NCBI RefSeq assembly: GCF_902713615.1
Contig: NC_052169.1
Span: 6,412,285 to 6,476,284, forward strand
Direction: 5' to 3'
DNA from: Scyliorhinus canicula
Lineage: Eukaryota
Length of the DNA stretch: 64,000 nt
Made by a program: the position numbers and the translations under genes
Shown here: in pieces, positions 1 through 12,681 of the stretch
Layout of the letters: the number at the start of each line of letters is the position of its first letter
Position numbering within the stretch: position 1 is the stretch's first letter
Notes under the pieces: model-generated
Databases searched by the model: none
Seen by the model: only the letters and a program-made list of their open reading frames with translations
Told to the model about the DNA's origin: nothing

Positions 1-595
1 CGGTCCTCTCCACTCTTGTTGGTAGCAACCCTGCCAGTTCGAACAAGGAAGAAAGGTTTATGTTCAGCCAAGTGATGTCAGATGCAACCGCAATTAACAC
101 GTGAGAGATTCTTTTTTTTTGTTGCTTGCGACGCACAGGAGACTTCAGAAAGTGACAAAGCACAGCCGGAGGCAATTTATTTCGGGATTCTTGCGAGAGA
201 GAGAAAAAGATGCAACCTGACAAATTTATTTTTACAAGGTGTCTAAGAGGACGCAGGGTGAAAGCAGCTGTCGACAGAGAGCTGAGGTGGGGAGTTCGCC
301 TGTGCTTATTATTATTTCCTGTAGAGCAATTAGCACAGGGGAAGGTTTCTGACAGGCAGATGGAGGAAATGGGAAGGGGGATTCTATGGAGCTCAGTTAG
401 CTCTTTTGTGATGTTGAGGATTTAAAAAAAAAATGTATGGGATGTGGCCAATATTTATTGCCCAATTCTAATTGCCCCTGGATGGAGTGGCTTGCTAGAA
501 CATTTCAGAAAGTTAACCTCACGGCTGTGGGGTCTGGAGTCACATGTAGACCAGACCGGGTAAGGGCGGTATTTCCTTCCCTGAAGGACATTAAG

Positions 596-873
596 CGGCG
601 GCATGGTTGCACAGGGGTTAGCACGGTTGCTTCACAGCGCCGTGGGACTCGGGTTCGATTCCCGGCTTGGGTCACTGTGCGGAGTCTGCACGTTCTCCCC
701 GTGTCTGCGTGGGTTTCCTCCGGGTGCTCCGGTTTCCTCCCACAAGTCCTGAAAGACGTGCTTGTTAGGTGAATTGGACATTCTGAATTCTCCCTCCGTG
801 TACCAGAACAGGCGCCGGAATGTGGCGACTCGGGGATTTTCACAGTAACTTCATCGCAGTGTTAATGTAAGCC
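596..873 (+). mobile_element. HE1/V-SINE with Rex1-like tail
   Basis: tRNA A/B boxes, V core gggtttcctccgggtgctccggtttcctcccaca, tail ggaatgtggcgact..ttttcacagtaacttcat. Confidence 0.8.
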
Positions 874-1228
874 GAAAGGATATTTGTCAACCAGATGGGT
901 TATTATAACATTCAGTGATAGTTTCCTGAGACGAGCTTTATATTCCAGACTTTTTTATTCTTGGATATCAAATTGGACAAAGTACCAAAACAGCTTTATT
1001 AGCTGTTTTCAGTGGTTCTATTTTTACGTCACTGTATATTTTGAGATTACGACAAGATGTCATATGTTCCATCCTAGCTCATCTGTCCAAATGTTTCTAA
1101 AGTTGACTTGGCATCTCAAGAGTCGTTTACGCTAATTTTATTCTGCTTCTTGCCAGTTAAGGCAGTCCATTCCCCCTCCTCCATGACAGCACACCCAACT
1201 ATTGCTACAGCATTCCAGAGCCCCCCTC

Positions 1229-2114
1229 CCCACTCTGGGGACCATGGCAGGTTGGGAGTTAGACTGTCGCACTGTAACACAGGTGTCCTATGGTGAGGTC
1301 AGGTAGGACAGAAACCTCCCGTACAGCAGAAGGGCAAAAGTTTGCGTGATTGTGATTTTTCAGTTTGAATACAGACGGTGAAATCAAGGACCTCACAAAC
1401 CTCTGATTTCTAACCAGGGGATGGCAGACAAGCTGCCGCAGGGATAAATGGCTTGTGGTGGGCTAGCGCTCACAACAACATCATTTTTTTTTTATACTTC
1501 AGTGTTGAATCTTCCTGTCATCGTGAAACAGAATCCACCAAGCGTTGGTTTGTTCACCTACTGAGAGGCAATGTGAGCTGGGTGTAGACTTTGTGAGGGA
1601 GATTAGTTTTATCCCACCCAGGATTGTGTTGTTGCCAACATAATCCTGCTCAGTACAAGAGGAACCACAGGGGCAACACGGTGGCACAATGGTTACTCTG
1701 CTGCCTCGCAGCTCCAGGGTCCCAGGTTCGATTCCCTGCTGGGTCACTGTTTGTGCGGAGTCTGCACGTTCTCCCCGTGACTGCGTGGGTTTCCTCCGGG
1801 CGCTCCAGTTTCCTCCCACAGTCCAAAGATGTGCTGGTTAGGTGGATTGACCATGGCAAATTGTCCCTTAGTGTCACAGAGTGTGCAGGTTAGGTGGGGC
1901 TATGGGGTTACAGGGATAGGGCAGGGGAGTGGGCCTAAGCAGAGTGCTCTTTCAGAGGGTCGGCGCAGACATGATGGGCCGAAAGGCCTCCTTTTGCATT
2001 GTAGGAATTCTATGGTTCCACACAGTTGGTATATGTGCTTGGCTGAGGGGCCAATAGTGCAAAGTTACCATCCGTAGGATTATGACTGAACATCTCCAAG
2101 GCAGAATACACCCC
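1229..2114 (+). pseudogene. Decayed 28S rRNA 3'-region fragment, split by a SINE
   Basis: Recognisable LSU motifs: ggacagaaacctcccgt..cagaagggcaaaag, cagggataa.tggcttgtgg, caccaagcgttgg.ttgttcacc, sarcin-ricin loop ctcagtac(a)agaggaacc (1649-1666); resumes at 2014 with tatgtgcttggctgagg..gattatgactgaac. Confidence 0.9.
1671..2013 (+). mobile_element. HE1/V-SINE inserted into the 28S fragment
   Basis: tRNA head, V core, CR1-type tail atgggccgaaaggcctcc..attctatg. Confidence 0.85.
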
Positions 2115-2678
2115 TCTAAACTTAAAAAGGCTTTTCCTCAATCTAGCCATTTATTTTGCCCCTAGTGTCTTCTTGTCCTTGATTCTTCCTAACCCCAGCC
2201 AATGCCAGCCAGCTTTCTATGTAGCATAGAATGGTTACAGTACAGAAGGCCATTCGCCCTGTCATGTCTATGCCAGCTGTTTACAAACGTAACTCAGCGA
2301 GTCCCACTGCCTCACTCTTTTTCCCATTTTCCGGCATTTTCTTTCCCTACAGATGCATATCCAATTCTCCACTGAAAGCAATGGTCGAATCTGCCTCACA
2401 TTCTAAGACTGTGCATCCCAGATCCTAACTACTCGCGGCATAAGAAGATTTTTCTTCTTGTTGACACTCACCTTAAGACCATAGAGCATAAGACATAGGG
2501 GCAGGATTAGTCCATTTCGCCCATCGAGTCTGCTCCGCCATTCAATCGTGGCTGATATGTTTCTCATCCCCCTTCTCCTGCCTAAATTCCCTCTTAATTG
2601 GAAGTTTTAAAAAAAGAACAGGCATTCATGGGGAACTGTGTAAGATAATGAGGAAATTTGATAATGGATAGGGAGAAG

Positions 2679-5532
2679 TCAGTTGAGGAAGGCAAGGGGG
2701 GGGGCGATCTATGAGTACGGGGAAAAGGCAAGCAGAATGTTTGCACACCAGCTCAGGAAAAGAGAGACGGACAGGGAGATAGGTAAAGTAAAGAGAAGAG
2801 ACAGCAATACTGTCCTGGACCCAGCGGGGGTGAACGAGGTGTTTAAGGACTTTTATAGTAAATTATATGAGTCGGAACCCCCGGCTGGGGTGGAGGGGAT
2901 GAGGCAATTTCTGGACCAGTTGAGGTTCCCGTGGGTGGAGGAGGACCTGATGGAGGGGCTGGGAGCCCCAATTGCGATTGAGGAAATAATCAAGGGGCTG
3001 GAGGGCATGCAGTCGGGCAAGGCTCCGGGGCCTGACGGCTACCCGGTGGAATTCTATAAGAAGTTTTCAGAGATATTGAGCCCACTGCTGGTGAGGACAT
3101 TTAATGAAGCAAGAGAGAAGGGAGTCCTCCCCCCAACAATGTCGCAGGCCATTTCATTGATCTTGAAACGGGAGAAGGATCCGGAGCAATGCGGGTCATA
3201 CAGGCCGATTTCTCTACTGAATGTGGATGCCAAGCTGCTGGCTAAGATACTGGTCACAAGGATAGAGGACTGTGTCCCGGGGGTGATAGCGGAAGACCAG
3301 ACGGGATTTGTAAAGGGCAGGCAACTCGAGGCCAATGTTCAAAGGCTCCTAAATGTTATTATGATGCCCTCAGAAGGAGAGGAGGTGGAGGTGGTGGTAG
3401 CGATGGATGTGGAAAAGGCTTTTGATCGGGTGGAGTGGAATTACCTGTGGGAGGCACTGGGAAGGTTTGGGTTTGGTGAGGGCTTTATTGACTGGGTGCA
3501 GTTGCTCTGTCAGGCACCAGTAGCGAGTGTGCGTATGAACCAGCTGAGGTTGGGTATTTTGAACTACACCGAGGGACGAGGCATGGGTGCCCCCTCTCCC
3601 CGTTACTATTTGCTCTGGCCATAGAGCCATTGGCCATGGCGTTAAGAGCCTCTAGGAACTGGAAAGGGCTGGTTTGGGGAGCGGTGGAGCACCGGATCTC
3701 GCTCTATGCAGATGACCTGCTCTTGTACATTGCAGACCCGTTGGAGGGGATGGGGAAGTAATGCGAATCTTGGGGGAATTTGGCAATTTTTCGGGGTATA
3801 AATTGAACATGGGGAAAAGCAAGATGTTTACAACCCAGGCAAGAGGACAGGAGAAGAGACTGGGAGAGCTGCTGCTTAGAATGGTAGGGAAGAGCTTTCT
3901 ATATCTGGGAATCCAGGTGGCCCAGAAATGGGAGGTACTACACAAGTTAAACCTATCCCGGTTGGTAGAACAAATGGAAGGGGACTTTAAGAGATGGGAC
4001 AAGCTCCCGCTGTCACGGCGGGGAGGGTACAGACCGTACTGACGGTCCTCCCCAGATTTCTGTTTGCCTTTCAGTGCCTCCCCATCTTCATCCCAAAGGC
4101 CTTTTTCAAGCGGGTGAATAAGATTATTTTGGGCTTTGTGTGGGCGGGTAAAACCCCGCAAGTGAAGAAAGTGTTGCTGGAGCACAGTCGGGGGAGGGTG
4201 GGTTGGCGCTGCCAAACTTCTGCAATTACTACTGGACAGCTAATATAGCCATTATCAGGAAGTGGGTAGTGAGGGAGTGTTGGGATGGGAGCAGATGGAG
4301 GTGGCGTCATGTAAAGACACCAGTCTGGGAGCATTGGTATCGGCACCTCTGCCGTTCTTGCCGGCCCCGTACTCCACAAGTTCGGTGGTGGTGGCGGCTC
4401 TGAGGATCTCGGGGCTGTGGAGGAGATATAAGAGAGTGGAGGGAGCATCGATTTTGACCCCGATTTATAACAACCACAGGTTTGTAACGGGTAGGCTGGA
4501 TGGTGGGTTCCGGAGTTGGCAGAGGGCAGGAATTAGAAGGATGGGGGATCTATTTATAGATGGGAGCTTTCCCAGCTTGAAAGCCTTGGAGGATAAATTT
4601 TAATTGCCAGCAGGGAATGGGTTTAGGTATTTGCAGGTACATGACTTCCTGAGAAAACAGGTGCCGGCCTTTCCGCTGCTGCCGCCACAGGGGATACAGG
4701 ATAGAGTAGTTTCCAGTACCTGGGTGGGAGAGGGGAAGGTATCGGATATTTACCAGGAGCTTTTGGAGGCAGAGGAAACTCCGGTAGAGGAGCTTAAGGG
4801 CGAGTGGGAGGACGAACTAGGAGGAGAGATAGAGGCGGGTCTATGGGCGGATGCCCTAAGCAGGGTTAATACCTCCTCATCATGTGCCAGACTTAGCCTG
4901 AGACAATTTAAGGTAGTCCACCGGGTACACCAAGTTTTTCGGGGTGGAGGATAAGAGGATAGGTGTGTGAGGTGTGCGGGAAGCCCAGCAAATCATGTCC
5001 GCATGTTTTGGGCATGCCCGAAGCTTCGAGGGTTTTGGCAGGGTTTGGCTGAGGCAATGTCCACGGTGCTAAAAACACGGGTGGTGCCGAGTCCGGAGGT
5101 AGCGATCTTTGGAGTGTCGGAAGATCCGGGAGTTCAGGGAGCGAAAGAGGCCGACATCCTGGTCTTTGCCTCCCTGGTAGCCCGGAGACGGATCTTGTTA
5201 ATGTGGAGGGACTTGAAGCCCCCGAGTGTAGAGACCTGGGTTACTGACATGGCTGGGTTTCTCAGTCTCGAGAAAATAAAGTTCGCCTTAAGAGGGTCAA
5301 TGTTAGGGTTCACCCGGAGGTGGCGGCCGTTCATCGACTTTCTCGGGGGAAAATTAAAAATGTCAGCAGCAGCAGTATTCCAAGGGAGGGGGGGGATTGT
5401 TGTTGTATAGTTGAGATGTGTGAAGATTGGGCTGGGGGGGAAATGTTTATTTTACCATGTTGATGTCATTGTTTTTGTTACTGTTATAAAAATTTTCAAA
5501 TACCTTAATAAAATATTATTTTTAAAAAAGAA
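2679..5532 (+). mobile_element. 5'-truncated L1 (ORF2 RT to C-terminus, several frameshifts)
   Basis: ORFs 2683-5410 closely similar to the 33.8-36.5 kb ORF2; AATAAA + A-tail; 11-bp TSD atagggagaag (2668-2678, 5533-5543). Confidence 0.93.
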
Positions 5533-5584
5533 ATAGGGAGAAGCTGTTCCACTGGCAGGAGGGTCAGTGATCAGACAATACACA

Positions 5585-5997
5585 TTTTGATTTCATTTAT
5601 TGTCACATGTACTGAAGTACAGTGAAAAGTATATTTCTGCGGCCAAGGGAACATACACAGTACGTATATAGTTGACAAAGGAATAATCAACAGAGAACAT
5701 TAACAAATGGTACATCGACAAACAGTGATTGGTTATAGTGTGAAACAAGGGGCCAAACAAAGCAAATACATGAGCAAGAGCAGCATAGGGCGTCGTGAAT
5801 AGTGTTCTTACAGGGAACAGATCAGTCCGAGGGGGAGTCGTTGAGAAGTCTAGTAGCTGTAGGGAAGAAGCTGTTCCTATGTCTTCTGCCTGATGGAAGG
5901 GTCTGGAAGAAGGCAAAACCTGGGCGTGAGGGGTTTCTGACAAGGCTGTCTGCCTTCCTGAGGCAGCGGGAGGTTAGACAGAATCAATGGGAGGGTG
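5585..5997 (-). mobile_element. Rex1-like LINE 3' end
   Basis: Tail tttcactgtacttcagtacatgtgacaataaatgaaatcaaa; remnant RPF..HRNSFFP. Confidence 0.7.
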
Positions 5998-6049
5998 GCA
6001 AGATAATTGGCAAATAATCAAAGGGGAGGTGAGGAGACATTTTCTTTCT

Positions 6050-6625
6050 TTCACAGGATGGGCATTATTGGTTAGGCCAAATATGTTGCCAATTCCTAAT
6101 TGCCCTTGAGAAGGTGGTGGTGAGCTGCCTTCTTGAGCCGCTTCAGTCTGCATGATGTAGGTACACACACAGTGCTGCTAGGAAGGGAGTTATGACCCAG
6201 GGACAGTTAAGTATAGCTTCAAGTCAGGATGATGTGTGGCTTAGAGGGGGACTTACAGGTGGTGGTGTTCCCATGTTTCTGCGGCCTTGGTTCTTCTGGG
6301 GTGACAGCGGTTGTAAGTTTGGAAGCTTCTGAATTAAAGGAGTTTCCAAACCAAGGTTAGTCATTGCCTGGCATTTGTGGCACACCACATTTGAAAGTCC
6401 AAATCTGAATTCATCCAGGTCTTGCTGCATACGGACATGAACTGCTTCAAACTCTGCGGAGATGTGAATGGTGCTGAACATTGTGCAATTATGAGTGAAC
6501 ATCCCCATTTCTGACCTTACGAGTGTCATTGCTGAACCAGTTGTTGGACCTAGGACATTGCCTTGAGGAACTCGTGCAGTGAAATAAATGATCTCCAACA
6601 ACCACAACCATCTTCCTTTGTACTT
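6050..6625 (-). mobile_element. CR1 LINE fragment
   Basis: VPQGNVLGPT..RSEMGMF remnant; ccttgagaaggtggtggtgagctgcc tail. Confidence 0.7.
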
Positions 6626-6764
6626 ATGGTATAATAATAATAATCTTTATTATTGTCACAAGTCGGCTTACATTAACACTGCAATGAAGTTACGGTGAAA
6701 ATTACAAATGCTTCAATAAAATATTTTCTAAAAAAAAGAAGTCACTGTGAAAGCCCCTAGTCGC

Positions 6765-7150
6765 TGTCATAATATATACCTATATAACATGGTGCAGACA
6801 CACATTGATGGACACACACAGGGACCAATCAACATGTACAAACACCGCAGCCAATCACCAGTTAGAATACACACACTATAAAGGCAGAGGGCACCACGAT
6901 TCCTGCTCATTCTGGGTGCTCTGCCTCTGAGTGTAACAGGAACTCATCCAGCCCAGCACAGACTCACAACACGTGCTGAGAGAATCAACTGGTTCGGACA
7001 AGGCTTAGGTCTCTAGTTTAAGTTAGCATCATTTAGACCCACAGTCATCGTGTGTTAGTTAGTTAGAAGTAGTTAATAAAATTGAGTTGAACCTTCATCT
7101 GTGTTGGAAGTGTCTGTTCATCTCTCAAGCCTACACAAGCCAACACATCA
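6765..7150 (+). mobile_element. Solo LTR, 386 bp
   Basis: TG...CA ends, TATAAA near 6877, AATAAA near 7075, 5-bp TSD gtcgc. Confidence 0.85.
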
Positions 7151-7966
7151 GTCGCCACATTCCAGTGCCTGTTTGGGTACACGGAGGGAGAATTCAGAAT
7201 GTCCAATTCACCTAACAAACACGTCTTTCGGGAGGAAACCGGAGCACCCGGAGGAGACCCAGGCAGATACAGGGAGAACGTGCAGACTCTGCACAGGCAG
7301 TGACCCAAGCTGGGAAATCCTTCTCGGAAGTTCCCAGAACAGTTTAATACCATCCTGACGTAGATACTGGTGCAGTTCCTTGATCGTCGCTGGCCCAACA
7401 TCCTTGAATTCCTTCCCTAACGACCATGGTGGCAGCAGAACTGTCGTACCAGCTGCAGTGGTTCAAGGACAAGGTGGTGTCCTTTTCCGTACAATTAGAG
7501 ATTGGCAATAAATTCAACCTTGTCAGTGTCACCACATACCCCGAATTTAAAAAAAACCTGAGTTACTTTCACAGTGTTGCGAACCTTTCTTCCAGCTCCT
7601 ACCTGTTTTCAGGGTACAAACTCAAACTGCTCTGATTAACTATCACAGGAGCGTTTGCAACAAAAAATAAATTGCAAAGCTTGCTCACTTCACAACTGGA
7701 AATGACTTGCAATGAATTGAGCTTAAACATATAGCACTTCATGATTTTCTGTTTTAAAACAGGAAGTCAGGCCTGCAGTCCAAAGTCAGTAAGATTACTT
7801 AGACAGAGTGAGTCATGCCTCATAGAGCTCAAAGTTTAATTATTGACCAGTTGTTTCAGAAAAGGCAACGGTGCAGAGCGCAGGTCAGGGCCTGTTTTTA
7901 CACAGTACTATATCAGGTCTTTCCTGGTACTATAACACTCTACAGCCAGGCTGTTACGTTTATGGG

Positions 7967-8557
7967 TGGACGTCAGGGTGGCGCAGTGGTTGGCACTGCT
8001 GCCTCACGGCGCCGAGGACCTGGGTTCGATCCCGACCCCGGGTCACTGTCCGTGTGGAGTTTGCACATTCTACCCATGTCTGCGTGGGTCTCACTCCCAC
8101 AACCCAAAGATGTGTAGGATAGGTGGATTGAACACGCTAAATTGCCCCTTAATTGGAAAAAAAATAATTACATAGAACATAGAACAGTACAGCACAGAAC
8201 AGGCCCTTCGGCCCTCAATGTTATGCCGAGCAATGATCACCCTACTCAAACCCACGTATCCACCCTATACCCGTAACCCAACAACCCCCCCCTTAACCTT
8301 ACTTTTTTTTAGGACACTACGGGCAATTTAGCATGGCCAATCCACCTAACCCGCACATCTTTGGACTGTGGGAGGAAACCGGAGCACCCGGAGAAAACCC
8401 ACGCACACACGGGGAGGATGTGCAGACTCCGCACAGACAGTGACCCAGCCGGGAATCGAACCTGGGACCCTGGAGCTGTGAAGCATTTATGCTAACCACC
8501 ATGCTACCGTGCTGCCCCTGTCTAATTGGGTACACTAAATTTATATTTTTAAAAAAA
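7967..8557. mobile_element. Nested SINE pair: short plus-strand SINE interrupted by a minus-strand HE1 SINE (8171-8518)
   Basis: Short-SINE tail taattgggtacactaaattt resumes after 8520. Confidence 0.8.
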
Positions 8558-9252
8558 TGATGTCTTTGGGTGTAATCTGTTTTAACTAATAAATGTGACG
8601 GCTAATATTCACGCAGCAAGGAGCCAGAAGCGGCAGAGGAGATGAATGTCAGATGAAAGCTCTCATCAAGTTCCTCACCTCAAGGCACATTTTCACACGT
8701 GCTACAATTGTCAGTTCTCAGAACCCATCGCTCCAGCTTTCACAGCAGCACAGTACCAGGAGCATCGAGTGAACAAAACCTTGCTACGGTCAGCTTGGCT
8801 CCTACCTACTACTCATTCTGTGCGGCAGAAATACTTTTCTAATCAAGGTTAGCTTGTTGGCAGCATCTCTCCTAAATGAGAAGCCTCCAGATCGAAGCCA
8901 CAACCCAGGATTGGAGAATACAGGTGCAGTATCTGAGAACTGGCCACCATGGGACTGAACCATGCCCGATTCCAGGTATTGCCACCCTTCACAGAAGAGG
9001 AAAAATCAGAAGCTCAATTCGATTAATGGGAGACACATGAAATCGGGCCAAGCCGGGTGGAGTGGGGTCAAGGGTCACTTGGAGCATGGGAAAAGACTGG
9101 TGCACAAAGCTGATAACTACTCTGAATGTGCCACCGTGCCAATGCAGTACATAGCGGCCAGTAAGTTATTTTACTCATTTAAAAACAATCAGAAATGATC
9201 CATGGCAGCTTTTAGAAAAGTCCGGTCTTCTGATAGCCGGATTTGAGGACTT

Positions 9253-9641
9253 TGTCGTGTTAGGTACACTGGTCTAACACTGGCTGCAACTGGATGCAGC
9301 TTAGATCAGAAAGGTACTCCAGACCTTGAAGTTAGTTCAAACAGGTTTATTGAACTAATAGCACAGTTAGCACAGTTCTCTGTGAGTTCGACTCTCTGCT
9401 AACTTAAGTCTGGTTACTCTGACTGAACCAGACTAGCTCTTAGCCACGTGGTAGATGTGTGACACCGTAACAACACCCTTGACTGACTCTCTAGATGTTC
9501 ATCAGTAGAAAGAGGTGGAGTGTGAATGCCTCGTGCCTTTCAGTCAGATCCCATGCCTGAGTGTCCTGCCTGCTTATTGATCATGTCCTGTTCTCTGTGT
9601 CCATTAGCTGCTTGTCTGTATATCATTATGTGTGTGTCTGC
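9253..9641 (-). mobile_element. Solo LTR related to the 10041-10412 LTR, end lost at a SINE
   Basis: Collinear similarity (actccagac.ttgaagt.agttcaa, tttattgaact, gactgaaccag, agccacgtg). Confidence 0.75.
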
Positions 9642-9644
9642 AGA

Positions 9645-9870
9645 GGGCAGCATGGTGGCACAGTGGTTAGCATTGCTGCCTACGGCGCTGAGGACCTGGG
9701 TTCGAATCCTGGCCCTGGGTCACTGTCTGTGTGGAGTTTGCACATTCTCCCCGTGTCTGCGTGGGTCTCACCCCCACAACCCAAAAGATGTGCAGGGTAG
9801 GTGGATTGGCCGCGCTAAATTGCCCCTTAATTGGAGAAAAAATTATTGGGTATTCAAATTTTTTTTTTTA
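9645..9870 (+). mobile_element. Short HE1-related SINE
   Basis: gggcagcatggtggcacagtggttagc...ccccttaattgg. Confidence 0.8.
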
Positions 9871-10040
9871 AAGTTTGGACTCGACATTTGGGTCGCGGGA
9901 GGGGAAGGGTCTTGAGAGGTTTGGGGACTTGTTCGTGGAGGGACGGTTTGCCAGTTTTGAGGAGCTATCGGTAAAGTTTCAACTCTCTAGGGCGAACCTG
10001 TTCCGATACTTCCCGATTTGTAACTTTTCGCCAAAGACTT

Positions 10041-10412
10041 TGTTGTGTTATGTAATTTGGAATAACACTAGCTGCCACTTGATGCAGTTTTGAGTAAACG
10101 ATGCTCCAGACTTTGAAGTGAGTTCAATGTGTTTTATTGAACTATTCGCACAGTTCTCAGTGAATACGACTCTCTGCTAATCTAAATGTAGTAACTCAGT
10201 CTGACTGAACCAGCCTTGCTCTAAGCCACGTGCTGGGGTGTGATGCTGAGGATACACCCTGTCTCACTCTGTAGATGTTGGTCTGTGGAAAGAGGCAAGG
10301 TGTGAGTGCCTCATCCCTTTTATAGTGGGATACCACCCCTGAGTGTCCTGACTGCTCATTGGTCGTGTCCTATTCTATGTGTTCATTAGTTGCATGTTTG
10401 CATATCATGACA
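10041..10412 (-). mobile_element. Solo LTR, 372 bp
   Basis: TG...CA ends, 5-bp TSD gactt, reverse AATAAA and TATAAA. Confidence 0.85.
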
Positions 10413-10836
10413 GACTTTTCCCTTATTTCCCTTGTTGCCACCTTCCTCCTTGTTGAGGAGGATTCTGTCTTTAGCCGGGTCTGGTGGGGGAAGTATTTTG
10501 GGTATCTATGGCCATATCTTGTCAGTGGAATAGGCCCCGGTGGATGAAGTGAAGGCAAAGTGGTCGGGGGGGATGTGGGACCTGTTTTGGATGAGGAGGT
10601 GTGGAGTGAGCCCCGTCGCAGGGTAAACTCCGCGTCCTCCTGCACGCGGCTCAGTTTAATCCAGTTTAGAGTGGCTCATCTGACCAAGGCTAAGGTGAGG
10701 AGTTTCTATTCGGGAGTGGAGGCCAAGTGTGGGCGATGTTCTTGGGGACCTGGCTAACCACACGCCGATGATCTGGCCGTGTCCTCAGTTGTTCAGCTTT
10801 TGGGTCTCCCTTTTTAACACCATGTCAGTAATTCTT

Positions 10837-11073
10837 TTTTTTTTTTTCTTTTTTTTTTAAATTTAGTGTACCCAATTATTTTTTCCAATTAAGGGGCAAT
10901 TTAGAATGGCCAATCTACCTATCCTGCACATCTTTGGGTTGTGGGGGTGAAACCCACGCAGACACGGGGAGAATGTGCAAACTCCTCACGAACAGTGACC
11001 CAGGGCCGGGATTCGAACCCGGGTCCTCAGCGCCGTAGGCAGCAATGCTAACCACTGTGCCACCGTGCTGCCC
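10837..11073 (-). mobile_element. Short poly(A) SINE with TSD
   Basis: TSD catgtcagtaattctt (10821-10836, 11074-11089). Confidence 0.88.
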
Positions 11074-11894
11074 CATGTCAGTAATTCTTAACATCAAACT
11101 GGAGCCTTGTCCTTCGGCAGCCATTCTCCCCGTGTCTGCGCGGGTTTCGCCCCCATAACCCAAAGATGTGCAGGGTAGGTTGATTGGCCACGCTAAATTA
11201 CCCCTTAATTGGAAAAAAAATGAATTGGGTACTCTGAATTTAAGGAAAAAAAAAGTATTGTTCTGCGTACAGTCCAGACAGATTGTTCCATACATGAAAA
11301 ATGTAAATACAAAGAGACAGGCATTGAGTGAGCATACAGGAGCGTAGTATTACTCAGGAGAGAAGATGTTGAAAGAGATCAGATCAGTCCATAAGAGGGT
11401 CATATTCGGACTTGCCGGTACAGTAGACGGGGGTGAAGACAGATGTCCTTGCCTTTGCTTCATTAATAGCTCAGAGTTGAGTCCTGCTTTGGTGGAGGTC
11501 TCCTACTCCAGTATCTCAGCCTGGGTGACCTCATGGAATTTTGGCATTTGGAGAAGGTCAGTTAGGGGATTGGTTGAGATTTCTACCTGACATGGCAGGA
11601 ATTCAGTTCCATATTTAAAGAGTTAGTCACCATCAGTTGTTGAGAGGGAGTTAGTTTACACTTGGGAGAGTGGGTTTTTGTGGATGCGATCCATACTGTT
11701 GGCTGTGTCTCTTTTATATTATAACTTGTGACATCCATTTTTATCTGGTTATGTTGTTTAAAATGAAAAATCTTCAATAAAAATATATTTCAGGTCTTGT
11801 AACACAGCCATCAGCTACTACGATGGTCTTCTATGCTAAAGGCTGCCCTCTTGTGGGTTATGAATATATTACCGTTTGATGTCGCATCTCAGTG

Positions 11895-12081
11895 AAATGA
11901 AATGTAATGGAAATCGTTTATTGTCACAATTAGGATTCAAATGAAGTTACTGTGAAAAGCCCCGAGTCGCCACATTCCGGCGCCTGTTCGGGGAGGCTGA
12001 TATGGGAATCGAACCGTGCTGCTGGCCTGCCTTGGTCTGCTTTCAAAGCCAGCGATTTAGCCCTGTGCTAAACCAGCCCCT
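11895..12081 (-). mobile_element. tRNA-derived SINE (ggggctggtttagc family) with Rex1-like tail
   Basis: Same family at 14375-14545, 18830-19012, 19375-19548, 52222-52320 and 55243-55392. Confidence 0.8.
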
Positions 12082-12458
12082 ATTAATGAGGACTGAAGGT
12101 ATCAAATTCTTTAATCAGACAATACAGTTAACTTCTTAAACTGTCACAGTCCGTGTGGAGTTTGCACATTTTCCCCGTGTCTGCGTGGGTCTCACCCCCA
12201 CAACATAAAGCATGTGCAGGGTAGGTGGATTGGCCACGCTAAATTGCCCCTTAATTGGAAAAAAAATAATTGAATACTCTAAAAAAAAAATTTAATTCTT
12301 AAATTAGCAAGCCAAGATTTCCTTGAACACTCATAAAAGTAATCAAGGTGTGTTCTTTACATATTCCTCCCCCATGGTTTTACCAGGAAATCTACTTTTG
12401 CCTTTGGATTTGTTTATTGTCACGCGTACCGAGGTACAGGTGAAAGGTATTGTTCTAG

Positions 12459-12681
12459 GCGGCACGTGGCACAGTGGTTAGCACTGCTGCCTGGGGCAGT
12501 GAGGACCTGGGTTCGATCCTAGCTCTGGGTCACTGTCCGTGTGGAGTTTGCACATTCTCCCTGTGTCTGCACGGGTTTCACCCCCACAACACAAAGATGT
12601 GCAGGGTAGGTGGGTTGGCCACTCTAAATTACCTCTTAATTGGGAAAAAATAATTGGGTACTCTAAATTTATAGAAAAAAA
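12459..12681 (+). mobile_element. Short poly(A) SINE inserted into the Rex1 tail
   Basis: TSD gtattgttct on both sides. Confidence 0.8.

Larger units (their letters stand above)
9875..11790 (+). mobile_element. Degenerate L1 3' fragment with nested LTR, SINE and duplicated insert
   Basis: DLFVEGRFASFEEL and VNSASSCTRLSLIQFRV ORF2 remnants; aataaaaata tail near 11780. Confidence 0.8.

Noticed and set aside
1229-2114. Functional rRNA gene
   Set aside because: Partial, mutated at invariant positions and SINE-interrupted; reported as a pseudogene
7755-7816. ETS (CAGGAAGT) plus AP-1 (TGAGTCA) enhancer
   Set aside because: Short motifs expected by chance; no supporting evidence from sequence alone
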